A DNA stretch of 64,000 bases, from assembly GCF_009914755.1 (NCBI RefSeq), contig NC_060945.1; one strand, 5' to 3'. Below the pieces are notes generated by a model that did no database searches, was not told the DNA's origin, and worked only from the letters and a program-made list of their open reading frames with translations. Source of the DNA: the human T2T-CHM13v2.0 reference genome, Homo sapiens. Of the stretch, positions 37,872-51,394 are shown piece after piece. Positions within the stretch are counted from its first letter, which is position 1. Each line of letters opens with the position of its first letter. The position numbers and the translations under genes are program-made.

Positions 37872-38656
37872 CGCCTGTTCCGGCAGACCCCCGCCGGTGG
37901 CTGCTGTCACTTTTGTAGTAGGTGGTGACTGATGCTGCTTTTGCTCTTCCCTGAGGCAGGTGTCACAGCCATGTGTGCTCCCCACTGTTGCACTCAGGCA
38001 CAGCAGCACCTCCAGGCTGGGTGGTTTTGCCACACATCCGTGTGACGGATGAGGAACCTGAAGCTTAGAGGAACGGAATGACTGCCCGTGACGATACCAT
38101 CAGGAAATTATCCCAGTGGAACTTCAACCCGGGCTGTCCATCGTGACATTCCGCCTCCTTCCACCATGCCAGCCTCTCCCACACGGGGCCCTGCAGGCTG
38201 TGGATATGCACTCAGAGGACTAAGGGGGTGCTCTGCAAGCGAGAGGGTTCACCAGAGGGAGCTTGGGTGCAGGTTCACCCGCTGAAGGCGCTGATAAGTC
38301 CTGTGCTGAGGAGCTGACTTGCCCTTGTTTACTTACAAAGTGCATTGTAGGTAAACATGAGCCTTGTTCCAGTGTTCGAAGTACATTGGAACGTAAGCCC
38401 TGTTTCCAGAGCAAAGTAACAGAGACCAGGTTTTTCTAGAGAGCTAAGTGGGATGTGTAGCTCAAACAAACTGTCCTACCCTTTTTTATTCTCAAATGTT
38501 TGTTTTGAGTAACCGTAGTGCCAAAATTTCAGTTCAGTAATGGGGTGAACAATATGGAGAGAGACCTGGGAAAAGTCCAGGGTAGCTTGCCCAGGGGAAG
38601 ACAGCAGCCACATACCTGGGGGCCCGCCTGCTTCCTGCCCCTCTGGGTGTGCCTGA

Positions 38657-38947
<291 letters not shown>

Positions 38948-41186
38948 TAAAACAGCTCTTTTTCCAAGGCCCGGAGTACTGGGGATTGATGTTTCAAGGC
39001 CAATCAATGGGATGCTTCGTTTTCTCCAGCAACAGGAACTCTCTCTTTTCACCTTTGCTGCCAGGAATCTCAGAGATAATTTAGTGCTCAATTTACTAAC
39101 CTTACTTCACATTCAGGTTAGATGTTACCTCCACCTATATGATAGTAATTCCTAATTTTATTTTTTATTGTCCTTTTTATGAGTGTTTATATTTTAAAGT
39201 ACTTTGAGTATTTTTGGGGGGGGTGTAAATGAGTGATCAGTGTACATTGTGTGTGGACTGAAGTGTAGGTATGTAGAGATGCTTCGCCAAACAGATGCTT
39301 AAAAATGAATGGAAGTTGAGGGTGGTTTCTCTTTGGAAAGTATCAGGTGACTTGGAAGGTGAGAGCCTGTCCAGGGTGTGTGCACTGGTTCTGAGGTACC
39401 CCGTGTGTGCAGTGTGAGTCACGGGGGTGTCTGTGTTGTGAGGTGCTTGGTAGGCTTTGCTCTGCCCACAGTGCAGACGCGGGGTGGGTGAGGGGCCAGG
39501 CCCAGTGTATGAGTGGAGGCAGCCCCAGGCTCCGCCTGCTTCCCTCACGCCACGCTGCCTGAGTGTCGCCATGCTCGGAGGACAGAGACCTCCACGGAAA
39601 CTGGCAGCGCCACTCACCCTTCCAGTGAGAGCTAGAACCAAGTGCCAGCCCCCGGGGGTGCACCCGTGCTGGTGTGGGGCCACGTGGTCCTTGTGGTCCA
39701 GGCAGGGCCAGCATGTGGCGGGGTGTCCAGCTCCACTGTTTGGAGGAAGTGGGCGCTGACACAGCAGAGTGCCCTGGGCCCGTGGGGATTTCCTTCCAGA
39801 GGACACGTGGCTGAAAGCATAGGATAAGGATGTATAGGTGAATGACTGGTGCCATCCCTGGCTGTCTGATAGATGCAGGTAGGGCAGGTGAACTGTTGCT
39901 GGCCTGGCCAGCAGGCCTAGGGTCACATGGTGATTGGCGTCCTCCTGCCACCCCTTCTCCATGCCAGGGTGCCTGTGGTGGGTTTGCCCAGCACGCATGA
40001 CCCCAGGTCCCAAGGAGAGTGTGAACTGAGGCCTGGGTGGTGAAGGCAGGGCCTCTCCTCAGCCCTGTGTCCTGTGGGTGCCAGCCAGTCCCATCTCGCA
40101 TTTTGGGGTGCCCTTTCCCTGCTGCCAGGGGACTCTTCATTTGTCCTTACCCTAGAATCAGCCCAGACACTGGACATCACCCAGACGTGGCCCTTCAGGA
40201 GGTGCACAGGGCAGGGGCAGGCCCGTCCCTCCCTGCCCCAATTTGCTGGGCTGCCTCAGCCCAGGGTCTGGCCTTCTCCTTGGTGAAGGTCTGCTGGGCC
40301 CCTGTCCACCTCCTGCTGGGAGGAGGAGATGGGGAGAGGACCAGGAGGACACCGGAGGCCCTGTCCCCTGCACTGTGAGCTCAGTCAGGTCCATGAGCTG
40401 CCCACCGTCCTGGCCTTACTGTGCCCCCTGCCCCACCAACATAGGTGAAAGCACCTCCCCTCTAAGGAAGACCATAGAGACCCCAACACTGTGGGACCCC
40501 AAAGCTCCTTCATGCTCACTGGAGCTCCCACCGTGGGTGCTTGCAAGTCCTCAGCGCTCCCGGGGTACAGCCCTCCCCTTCCTGCCCTCTAATGTCCTCC
40601 CCTCCCTTGCCCTTCCCTCCACTTCCTTTCTCTGCCGTCCCCTCCTCTCCCATCTTGTGACCTCTTTACTGGCGGGGCCTGGAGCCCATGATGGACACTT
40701 GCGGAAGGAGGGGTGGCGGAGCACCCCTGAGATGACATCGCTGCCTGCCCCAGAGCACCCCGCCTCTCCCTGTGACTCAGTTCTTTGCAGCCCAGATGTG
40801 AGCATGTGCACCCTGGGACCTGCTGCCCGTTGGGATGCCCAGGCCAAATCAGCCCCTCTGCCTCCATGCTGCACTGATTGCAAGAGTTTCCCACATCTGC
40901 AGAGGCCGTGGGCTCAGCCCCACACCAGCCAGGCCACCAGTGTTGATAGCGGTGAGGCGGGGACAAAGGGAATGTCTCAGTTCACAGTGTGGACATGGTG
41001 GAGGTCTCGGCCTTGCGAGACAAGGCAGGGGGAGGGGATAGGAAATTGGGGGTATTCTGTGACTCCTGGGCCACCGGGGAGCCAGAATCTTCCAGCCAGA
41101 CTGGATGGGCAGGGCTTAGCTTCCTGATGCCGCCCATTCACCACTTTCACCCCGGGAACCTACCTGGGCATCATGGGAGGCAGAGC

Positions 41187-41438
41187 CTGAACCCCAACCC
41201 AACCCTAACTCTAATGCTAACCCCTAAACCATCCCCCACCCTAACCCAATCCTCGCCCTAACCCTAATGCTAACCCCTGACCCGACCCAATCCTAACCCT
41301 GATGCTAACCCCTGACTCAACTCTCACCCTAACCCTGATGCTAACCCCTGACCCAATCCTCACCCTAACCCTGATACTAACCCTTAACCTAACCCAACCC
41401 AGCCCTAACTCCAACTCTAAAGCTAACTCCTAACCCTA
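41187..41438. repeat. Degenerate telomere-like (CCCTAA)n tract
   Basis: Many ccctaa/cccaac/gctaac variants, with a recurring ccctaaccctgatgctaacccctgac sub-unit. Confidence 0.85.
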
Positions 41439-42624
41439 GGAGAGGAGCCCAGGCCGGGCCCTCTCCCTGCTGGTTTCCTGTTGGGCTTTGGAGCCCCAGA
41501 TGCCTGCCCAGAGGCTTCCTTGTGCGGGGTGGGGTCCAGCAGTGGGGGATGGGCCCAGAGCTGGTATAGCCACCAGCAGAGCCATCCTGATCCACAGGAC
41601 CATCCCTGGTGGGGTGGGGCCCCCTGGGGCAGGAAGGCCACTGAGGCCAGGGAGACTCCCAGGCCCACTCACGGCGCAGGCCCCACAGGAGCTGGCTGGA
41701 GGCTATGGGTGCGGGGCGTGGGCCTGCCGGGGGTTGCGTGACAGGCAGTGGGGAGTGGGTTGTGCTGGCAGCTGTGGGTGAGTGAGGAGGCTCCTCTCAT
41801 GAAGGGCCCTGGGGAAGTGGAATCTGGCCCTGAGAGACCCCCGGCCTCCTCTGCAGGGGCTGCTGGCAGGAGGGGAACCGGGGACCACCTCCCGCCACAG
41901 AGCCTGGGGCCCCCAGCCTTGCCTACAGGGAGGGTAGATGAGAGTGTAAACTGCATATGAGGTTGGGCTAAACCTGGACATGTGTTTCATAACCAAAGCA
42001 GCCAGGAATCTCCGGCTCTGCCCAGTGATCATCTGGGCAGGACATGGGGACGAGTGTCCAGGCTGAAGTCAGGGCCCGGCCAGCAGAGGGCCATTTTGTA
42101 TTGAGCTCCACAGCTGGTCACATTCTGTGGAATGTGCAGACGTGCACGGCCCATCAGACAGGGTCTGGAGTGGGGCTGCCGTCTTGGGCAGCTCCTCCCG
42201 GGTGTCTGCAAAATGCAGAGGTCACCAGAGCCAAGGCAGCAAGGCAAGGAGCCCGGCTTCTAAGGAACTCTGAGCAGGTGTGGTCCATGGCTGGGAGGCA
42301 GCTGGCCCCACAGCACATAGCACGGAGGGCGGCGCGGAGTCCTGGACGCTCTTGGCAGGTCCCCTCATGGAGGATGTGGGGGATTGGCTTAGGCCTGGTC
42401 TGGCTGGCCTTCCTGGACCGCAGTGGCCAGGAGCTGAAAACCGTGACCCCAGTCTCCCTGCAGCTGTTCTTGATGGGATTTCTGTTCGCCAGTCAGATGC
42501 ATTTGCACAGGACTTGGATCCTGAACTGTGTAACCTGGAGAGGCAGGTGTGAGCGGGCCATGCTGCTGGCCCAGCCTGTGCCGGTGTCTGTTTCTGTTGT
42601 CTCTCGGCCCTTCTGTGAGCCCTC

Positions 42625-42630
42625 AGTAAA
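42625..42630 (+). terminator. Candidate LRRC3 polyadenylation signal (AGTAAA variant; canonical AATAAA also at 43877-43886)
   Basis: Position fits a recalled LRRC3 span of ~6.7 kb; not verified. Confidence 0.35.
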
Positions 42631-45164
42631 GCTCTTCGTGCTTCAGTCAGCAAGTGTGGATTCTGTCGTCGGCAACTCTGCGGCCCAAACCCCGAGCCTC
42701 CCCCTCCCCCAGACCTTGCAGTGCCATGGAGCTGAGGGACCTGTGGATCCACAGCTGTGGCCCCGGAAGGGCTGCAGGAGCTGAACCTGCGTGAGCCCCG
42801 CAGAGGGTGCAGAGCCGGCTTGTGCAGGCTCCCAGCAGGCTCATGACAGCGCGGATGGTTAAATGTAGCTCCTGACAGCCAACTGTTAAGGTTTCAGGCA
42901 TTTTTGCACCAGGTGACATGATGGTAGCCTGAACGTGACCTTGGCAGCAGTCTCTACATCAAGGAAACTGGCAAATGTCAACATGCTGGGTACCCTCGCT
43001 CCTGCCGCCGCAGGCTGTCAGTGTCTTCCAGCCCACACTGCGGGGGGCCTTGTTGTGTGGCTGCCTCCCAGGCTGGGGCGAGGGTCTCCAGAGACCACCA
43101 TCGTGCAGGCTCTTGGTCAATAGCAGGGTGTGGTGCTCCTGCCAGGGGACGCATTCTCCGTGTGACCTCTACACCCCAGGTCAGGTCAGGATGTGATTTG
43201 CTTCTCCAGGGCCGTGACTCACTAGATCCACCTCCCACTGGTGCCTGGTGGCCCCCGACAGCCCTGGCCCTGTCCAGGCCCTGGCCTGTCCTACAGTCAC
43301 AGGTGCTGGCCTGTCCCTGCTGTCCTCCTGACCACCTGGTGCTCCCGGCCACCCTGCCCGCCCCCCTGTCTCCTCGGGACAGCCTGGCTGCCTCCACTTG
43401 CTGGCCCCTGCCGGCCCACCCTCTTTCCAAGCCTGCCCTGCCCCTCAGCTCCTGGGGTGGGGAGGGGAGACCTCGCCTTCTGCCTGCAGCGACTCCCACC
43501 TGTCACGGAGCCCCCCTGCAGCACCACCAGGCCCTGCCCTTTCCCAAGCAGAGGGATGGGACAGCCGTGCAGATCTCAGGTCCCGCCCCTAGGGAAGGGC
43601 CTCGCTGCAGAAGCCAGGCTGCTCACCTTGGAGTGTGGGGAACCAGCGCCCCTTTCAGCACCCGGTGGTGTCTCTCTGTGGGAAGGGAGCGGTTTTATCC
43701 AAGCAGGACACTGTTTTCTGTAGTTTTACCTTCTTTCAAGAAATGTCGTATATGAGACCTCCGTTGAGTGTGGCAGCTGTTCATTGATATTCCATTGGAT
43801 GCACTAGTGTGTCCTAGTCCCCACGATCAATGTGTAAATCGTAACATCCAATCATAGCGAGTTTCACACACACAGGAATAAATAAATGGAGAGTGCTGTA
43901 CCGGGCTCCATTCGCCTCCTCCTGCCGTGATGCAAGCCTGCTCTACCTGGCTTCCCATCCTCACACCCGCCTACGTTCTCCCTCCAAATGAGTAAAAGCA
44001 AATCCCAGACCTCAAAAACAAAAACAAAACAAAACAAAACCTATCTGTAAATATCAGCAGGAGCTGTTCACACATAGGGCCTCTTTTTTGTCTTAAATAT
44101 ATAACCGCAAAACCACCATCCACCTGAAAATGACATTCCAGCAGTTCCTGAGTCTTCCTCGCTCGGTGCTCACATCTCCCTGACGGTCTCATCGTATTTT
44201 CCGGGCTTGCTGGAATCAGAGTCTCCCCAGCGCTCCGCCGAGGCCGCTGGCCAAGGCCTCTTAGGTCTATTAGCTTATGGGCCCCGTTTGTCTGCTGTCG
44301 GCTCCCCTCGCGGTGGTTCTGCTGAAGCAGCCTGGCTGCCGGCCCGGGGACACCCTGCCTGGATTCCGCGGCGCCCCCACGCGCCTCTGTGAATGCGTGG
44401 GCTCGCTGGATTTCCCGCAGGGCTTGCTGGCCACGCTCTCCCGTCAGCTGTGTGTCTTCCGTTGCCTCCCGGGGACGTTTGTAGCTGCTGTTCATTCGCA
44501 GGGTGATTGAGCAGGATCCGCTGGGCCATGAGCCCTCTTCACTTGTTAGCTAGAATCTTCCAGGAAGCGCATCGGTGCCTCCTTCCCTGTGCCTGGTTCC
44601 TGCGGGACGGCGGGAGGGTCACTGGCCACGCTCCTTGATTCACCGAGTGCAGGGTGAAGAGCTGCCTCCTCTAACAGTGACAGTCATGTTGTAAGCATCA
44701 TTTTGCGTGGCTCTAAACACATTTGGTGGCCTTACTTTCCCTAATGCAGCCACAGCATCCTGTCTGTGACCAGAGGCACCTCCGCATCTGCTCTGTCTTT
44801 ATGACCAGCCCTCGTTGTCCTTGCAGCTTCGTGGCTCTTGGGTGGGACAAGGGGTCCTTGTCTTGTCCCCTCCTGCCCTGGCCCTGGGGAGCCCTGATTT
44901 CTTTGGGGAGGAGAGGCATCCACAGCCTGGACTTGACAGGTGCTCGCCGTGAGCCAGCCCTGCCTCTCAGGCCTGCCTGGTCTGTCTCCTCGAAAGGTCA
45001 AACAGCCCGTGGGCTCCCATGGATGCTTCCTGTGGCCCAGGGCTAAGGTGCCATCCTCCCACCCTCGCCTGGCCCTCGGTGGCATCTCCACCTCACCTCG
45101 GCTCCAAGCACCCCAGAGGCAGAGGGTTCCGCCTTCATTTCACCTCCCTCTTCAAGGCCATCCC

Positions 45165-45582
45165 CGTGGTGGGCAGAATCGCAGCCCCCAGAGATGTCCC
45201 TATCCTCATCCTGGCAGCCTGTGAAGATGTTACTTTATGTGGCAGAAGGGACTTTGCAGGTGGGATTAAATCCAGGACCCAGAGATGGGCGATGTCCTCA
45301 CAGGGTCCTAGTAAGTGGGGGGCGGGAGCTGTGAGCACAGGGGGTCGGGGTGCTGTGCGGCTGCCTTGGAGGTGGAGGGGGGCACCCTGAGCCACGCATG
45401 GGAAAGGCAGGAAACAGGTTCTCTCCTGGAGCCTCCAGAGGGAACCAGCCCTGGCAGTACCTTGATTGTAGCCCCGTGAGACCCGTGTCCAACCTCTGAC
45501 CTCCAGAATTCTAAAATAGATGGCGTCGGTCAAACCCCAAGTTTTTGGCAATTTGTTTCAGCAGCCACAGGACACCAGCCAC
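45165..45582 (+). mobile_element. MLT1-family MaLR LTR
   Basis: gtggtgggcagaat...atgttactttatgtggcagaagggactttgcagg...ttctctcctggagcctccagagggaacc...gcagccacagga. Confidence 0.8.
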
Positions 45583-45829
45583 CTCCCCACAGTGAGAGCT
45601 GCCCACGTGGGCAGAGCCGATGGCCCTCGTGCTCTGGGCACCCTGGGCACCGTCCCCAGGGCTCAGTTCTGGGGGTGAGTGTGTCTTTAATGCCATGGCC
45701 TAGTGACCACAGGGAGCTCACATTGCCTCTGTCAGCCTCTCCTGCTTCCCTGCAGGACAGGAGTGTCCCTCCCAGATGGGACAGGGGCTGTGGTGTGGGG
45801 TGGCTCAATGCTGCTGGCCACCTGGATCC

Positions 45830-46710
45830 TCACACACACTCGGGCGCACACACAGGCACACACACACACTCTCACTCTCCCTGTACACACACACACACAT
45901 GCTTACTCTCCCTGTACACACACACACACACGCTCACTCTCCCTGTACACACACATTCTCCCTGTACACACACACTCTCCCTGTACACACACACACATGC
46001 TCACTCTCCCTGTACACACACACTCTCCCTGTACACACACACACATGCTCACTCTCCCTGTACACACACATTCTCCCTGTACACACACACTCTCCCTGTA
46101 CACACACACACATGCTCACTCTCTCTGTACACACACGCGCATGCTCACTCTCCTTGTACACACACTCCCTGTACACACACTCCCTGTACACACACACACG
46201 CTCACTCTCCCTGTACACACACATTCTCCCTGTACACACACACTCTCCCTGTACACACACACACATGCTCACTCTCCCTGTACACACACACACTCTCCCT
46301 GTACACACACACACATGCTCACTCTCCCTGTACACACACATTCTCCCTGTACACACACACTCTCCCTGTACACACACACACATGCTCACTCTCCCTGTAC
46401 ACACACGTGCATGCTCACTCTCCTTGTGCACACACTCCCTGTACACACACACACACGCTCACTCTCCCTGTACACACACATTCTCCCTGTACACACACAC
46501 TCTCCCTGTACACACACACACATGCTCACTCTCCCTGTAACACACACACACTCTCCCTGTACACACACACACGCTCACTCTCCCTGTACACACACACGCT
46601 CACTCTTCCTGTACACACACACACACGCTCACTCTCCCTGTACACACACACACTTGATCTCACTGCACACACACACCAGCACACACGCTCACACACATTG
46701 TCTTACACAC
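45830..46710. repeat. CA-rich compound minisatellite (ctctccctgta(ca)n)
   Basis: About 40 units; all three + frames open with His/Thr-rich translations. Confidence 0.95.
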
Positions 46711-48087
46711 CTGAGCTGGGGACCGATGAGACTGACCGATGAGAGTTCAGTGACAGCAAAATCCTGCAGCCTCGTGACAGGGCTCAGGGAGGGCTGCCTG
46801 CCTGGGAGGGGACAGCAGCCATGGCCTCACGTGGCCAAGGTTGCTAGAGAGGGGGCCTCAGGTCATCCTCACATGGGCCTGGTTTGCTGGTCGTATTTCT
46901 ATTTTCAGATGAGAAACTTGAGACTGAGGTCCAGAGGGGAGAAAGGACGCACTCAGGACAGGGCTTGTTTGGGGCACAGCTGGGCTGGAGTCGGGGTCTC
47001 TGACACCCAGCCCTGGAGACCCTCTCTCGGCAACCTGGGCCATGGCAGTTGTCAAAACAAATCGGCAAGTCCTTGATGGAGCCCCAGAAGGGAGAGTGGC
47101 CAGTGCCACGGTGAGCAGTGCCCAGGGCCACGCTGGCTAGGAGCGGGGCTGCCTATGCTGGGAGCCCTGTGCACTGGGCTCTGCACCCGTAGCCATGGCA
47201 ACGATGCTGGCTGGAGATGGAGTGGACGCTCAGGTGCCGCTGGATGATGCCGGCCACCTGCAGTTTTGGGGCCCAGCTGGAGGTCAGCAGGGTGGACTCA
47301 CAACCCCCTGAGTTCAGGTACAGGGAGCTGTGGAGACAGGCCCACCCAGGCTGACCTTCCCCAGAGCCTTGCTGTCACGGAGAGGAGGGGGCGTTGGAGG
47401 AAGGGCCACAAATGCAGGAGAGGGGGCAATGGCCTGGGACAAGATGGAGAACAGCCACCCGTTCCCCAGTACAGCCAGGTCAGGACACGGATCCCAGCAA
47501 GCCCTTTGGATGGGGAGACTGAGGTACAGCTGATGACTCACCCTAGGTGATACCAGCTGTGAGAGCCGGAGTGGGGATGCAGACAGGGAGGGTGGCCAGT
47601 GGCCACCTGCGAGGACTCAGCAGCCAGGGCGATGACGCCAGAGAGTCAAGGCGTGAGAACCCCCGAGAAGAAGAGTGAGTGTCATTCACCTAACGACGCG
47701 GTGACTGCACATTTGCCCAAGTTGTAACTGTGGCAGGTGCAGCGCGCAGACCAGGCAGGAGATGGAGAGACGTCCAGGGGGAGGTCTCGCTGTGTCAAGG
47801 TGCTCAGCTCCAGGTGCCAGCCGGCCCGAGACAAAAGTGGACCAGCCTTGACGCCCTGGTCTGCCGCCTCCCTCCATTGCCTGCCTCCCCGGCTGCATAC
47901 ACGTTCAGATTTTAGGCGATCAGTGGTGGACCCTACAGGCCTCTGTGGGCAGTGGTCACCTCGCTCTGCGCTTACCCCAGGGGCTCGCGGCTTCAAAGGG
48001 TCTGGGTGCCAGGTGGGCCCCAGAACAGCTCCCGATGTGACCCCTACCCAGGCTGCACCAGGGAGCCCCCTCCGTGCACACAGGTGC

Positions 48088-48178
48088 GCTGGAGGTAGCC
48101 TCCTGGGATGGGCCAGGTGAGCTGGAGGTAGCCTCCTGGGACCGGCCAGGTGACCTGGAGGTAGCCTCCTGGGATGGG
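48088..48178. repeat. 33-bp tandem repeat, ~3 copies
   Basis: ctggaggtagcctcctgggatgggccaggtga; each unit contains a GGAGG-TAG-CCTCC palindrome. Confidence 0.85.
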
Positions 48179-48818
48179 CGCCCTGTCTCCTGTCCTCACA
48201 CTCAGCTTGGCAGCATGCTGGGGAAGCTGCCCTCTCGACCCTCCTGGGCACAGCTTGCACTTCTGAGCCCCAGCCAAGGCGAGTAGGCGGGCGCAGGTGA
48301 CGGGCTCAGGGTGCTGCCCGAGAGCAGCTCTGCTCCCGGTCAGCGGGACCCAGGTCTCCGCAGGCTCCGGGTGCCTCTGATGTCCCTGTAGCCACTGGCA
48401 GGGGTGACGAGATCCAAGGCTCCGGGTGGAAACGCCAACCTCCGATCCTTGCCCTGGGCCTCAGCCGAGAAGTCACGTGGACCCAGAGCCTGTGGAAATC
48501 ACGATGATTGGGCCGTGAAGACAGAGGGTTCCTGAGCAAGTCATTCGAATCAGCATCACCAGAAAGCGGATGCCTCATCAGTCTTCAGGTGTTTAGCAGC
48601 CCAGGGACAAGGACTGGGAAGGGACACTTCTGTCCAGAGTCTAGCCCCGGACTCAGGGCTCGGCTGCTGCTGTTGCATTCCCTTGGTACCTCGTGGGTAT
48701 CACTTAGGATTTAAGCCTGTTTTTCACCAGTTGGGTCTCTTTCATGCCTGGGTGTAGCCACTGGAGTGAACCCAGCCCTTGGTGTGCCGTAGCTTCAGCA
48801 TTTGTGCTGGTATTTCAG

Positions 48819-48820
48819 AT

Positions 48821-48859
<39 letters not shown>

Positions 48860-49004
48860 TTTTTGAGATGGTGTCTCACTCTGTTGCCCAGGCTGGATTG
48901 CAATGGTCAGCTCACTGCAACCTCTGCCTCCTGAGTTCAAGTGATTCTCCTGCCTCGGCCTCCCAAAGTGCTGGGATTACAGGCGTGAGCCACCACGCGC
49001 TGCC
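48819..49004 (-). mobile_element. Internally deleted Alu with (TTTA)n tail
   Basis: Right arm fused directly to the left-arm 5' end. Confidence 0.85.
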
Positions 49005-49354
49005 AATGCAGCCCTTTTTAATAAATGACATGAGTCACAAGAGAATCTCCAAGAATTACTAGGTAAAACTACTTAGGAAGGAATACTTGGCTTCCAGGTA
49101 TTAAATTACACGAAAATGCTCAGTAAACAAATCAACCTACAATTGGCATAACTTTTGGAAAGGTTAAAGTTACAAATGTTGGAAATAAAAAGATTCTAGA
49201 ATAGAACTGGCTTTTTTTTTTTTTTTTCATTTTAGGGAAAAACATTCTTAAGGTAAAACAATGGAAGTAAGTGAAAATGGAAGATGCCTGTCCAGTGTGA
49301 CATGTTTGTGAAATATATAGTTTTATATATTTTAAAATATAAGTAACTAGATCT

Positions 49355-49525
49355 GGGCTGGGCACAGTGGCTCACGCCTATAATCCCAGCACTTTAGGAG
49401 GCTGAGGCGGGTGGATCACCTAAGGTCAGGAGTCACTTGAACCTGGGAGGCGGAGGTTGCAGCGAGCCAAGATCATTGCACTCCGGCCTGGGCGGCAGAG
49501 CGAAACTCCATCTCAAAAGAAAAGA
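49355..49525 (+). mobile_element. Internally deleted Alu
   Basis: Left arm joined to right arm at caggag. Confidence 0.85.
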
Positions 49526-49739
49526 AGAGAAGAGAAGGGAAGGGGAGGGGAGGGGAGGGGAGGGGTTGCATTGGGATTTTGATTGGAATTGCATAGAAAC
49601 TCCATATTAACGTGGGACATTTTACAATGCTAGGACATCAGTTTGAAGGTTTGTCTAAGTCTTTGTGTCCTGCAGTCTGATTTTGTTTATTTCTAGGGCA
49701 TGTGGACAGTTTTAACCAGGTCCTCTTCCCGTATGATGC

Positions 49740-50240
49740 GGGGAAGGGGACAGTGCGGTGAACTTTGCAGATGGCGAAAAGACCCAAGTTTTATGCGCCT
49801 AGACTAAGGAGGAGGATACTTCCCAAATGGTAGCTAATTTCTAGACGCTTGGTAGTTAAGTTTATTTGGAGGTGATAAGCATGTTGTTGGGAAATGATCT
49901 GGCTTACATGTGCTATGTGTGATCTATAATTACATGTCCTATGTAATGTTAAGGATTATCTGTACTGGGTGATACTCACATACTTGAGAACTGGGTTTGT
50001 GGATTTTGGCCTGGTTGACGTATGACAGGTTGTCACAACAGTTCATCTTCTTGCTTAATATTCATGCGGGGCACAACTTAATGTACAATAATACACAAAC
50101 GTACAATGTGTGATGAAACACATAGCACATCATTAAAAGTGGCAAGCACAATGTTCATGGTTATCGTAATAATTTATAGGAGTTTTTCCAATACTGACAT
50201 GGCAGTTAATATTAATTAATTGCACCTCAAGTATGAATGT
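49740..50240 (-). pseudogene. NUMT: mitochondrial control-region (D-loop) remnant
   Basis: cccaagttttatgcgcc...ggtagttaag resembles the conserved central domain; cttgcttaatattcatgcgggg...taatgtaca resembles ETAS; lies next to tRNA-Pro as in mtDNA. Confidence 0.7.
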
Positions 50241-50302
50241 CAGGGGGTAAAGTAGAATCACGCTTTGGGTACCAGTGGTGGAGCAGATAGCTTCTTCCTC
50301 GA
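50241..50302 (+). pseudogene. NUMT: mt-tRNA-Pro pseudogene
   Basis: taaagtagaatcacgctttgggtaccagtggtggag aligns with mt-tRNA-Pro TAAATTAGAATCTTAGCTTTGGGTGCTAATGGTGGAG; TGG anticodon. Confidence 0.85.
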
Positions 50303-50304
50303 AT

Positions 50305-50373
50305 TGGCCTAGGGAGGAGTGCTCTCCATTTTTGGTTTACAAGACCAGAGTCACATAAATATACCACAAGGAC
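50305..50373 (-). pseudogene. NUMT: mt-tRNA-Thr pseudogene
   Basis: Reverse complement GTCCTTGTGGTATA...GGTCTTGTAAACC; TGT anticodon. Confidence 0.88.
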
Positions 50374-50767
50374 TTCTTCCTTTCAGTAGCTTGTCTTCGA
50401 TTCAGCTAGTGAGTGGTATTAAAAGGAGAATGAGAGGGAAATACATAGTGGATGCTTCTTGACCAACCATAATGAAAGGCTGTTCAATGGGCTGACCCCC
50501 GAGCCACGTATGTGTGAGAAGCTCTGCTCCTAGAATTCAAATGGACATTAGCTGAATGGTGGGATATTATGGATGCTCCATTGTTTAGACAGGTGAAGTA
50601 TTGGGACAATGGCCAGGATGAGAACAGAGAAGACAGGGGCCAGAATTCCTCCTGAGGTATTGGGAATGGAGCATAGGGTTGATGTGTCATTCTGGTTTGA
50701 TGTGAGGTGGTGCGTTAGGGGATTTGCTGGGCTATAATTATCTAGGTCTCCTAGTAGGTCAGGTTAA

Positions 50768-51119
<352 letters not shown>

Positions 51120-51394
51120 CTAAAATGTTTTTAATTGTGTAGTATGGGTGAAATGGGATTGTGCCACATCTGATGAAATTCCTGATGGGTTGTTGGATCC
51201 CGTTACCTGAAGGGAGAGAAGGTGGACAGCTACCAAGGCAGCGACGCTGAAGGGTAAAGTGAAGTGAAAAGTGAAGAATCGTGTCAGGGTGGCTTTGTCA
51301 ACTGAAGATCTGTCTCCACCTGACTCCACTAGATAGGTGCCAGTGCATGGAATAGCTGATCACAGGGTTGTGATCACTGTGTGTGAGCGCTCCT

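Noticed and set aside
45675-47076. 355-, 457- and 254-aa His/Thr-rich ORFs
   Set aside because: CA-rich repeat lacks stops in all three frames; artefact
48460-48515. Possible ER-stress element (GTCACGTGG and ATTGG)
   Set aside because: Spacing does not fit CCAAT-N9-CCACG; isolated motifs are expected by chance
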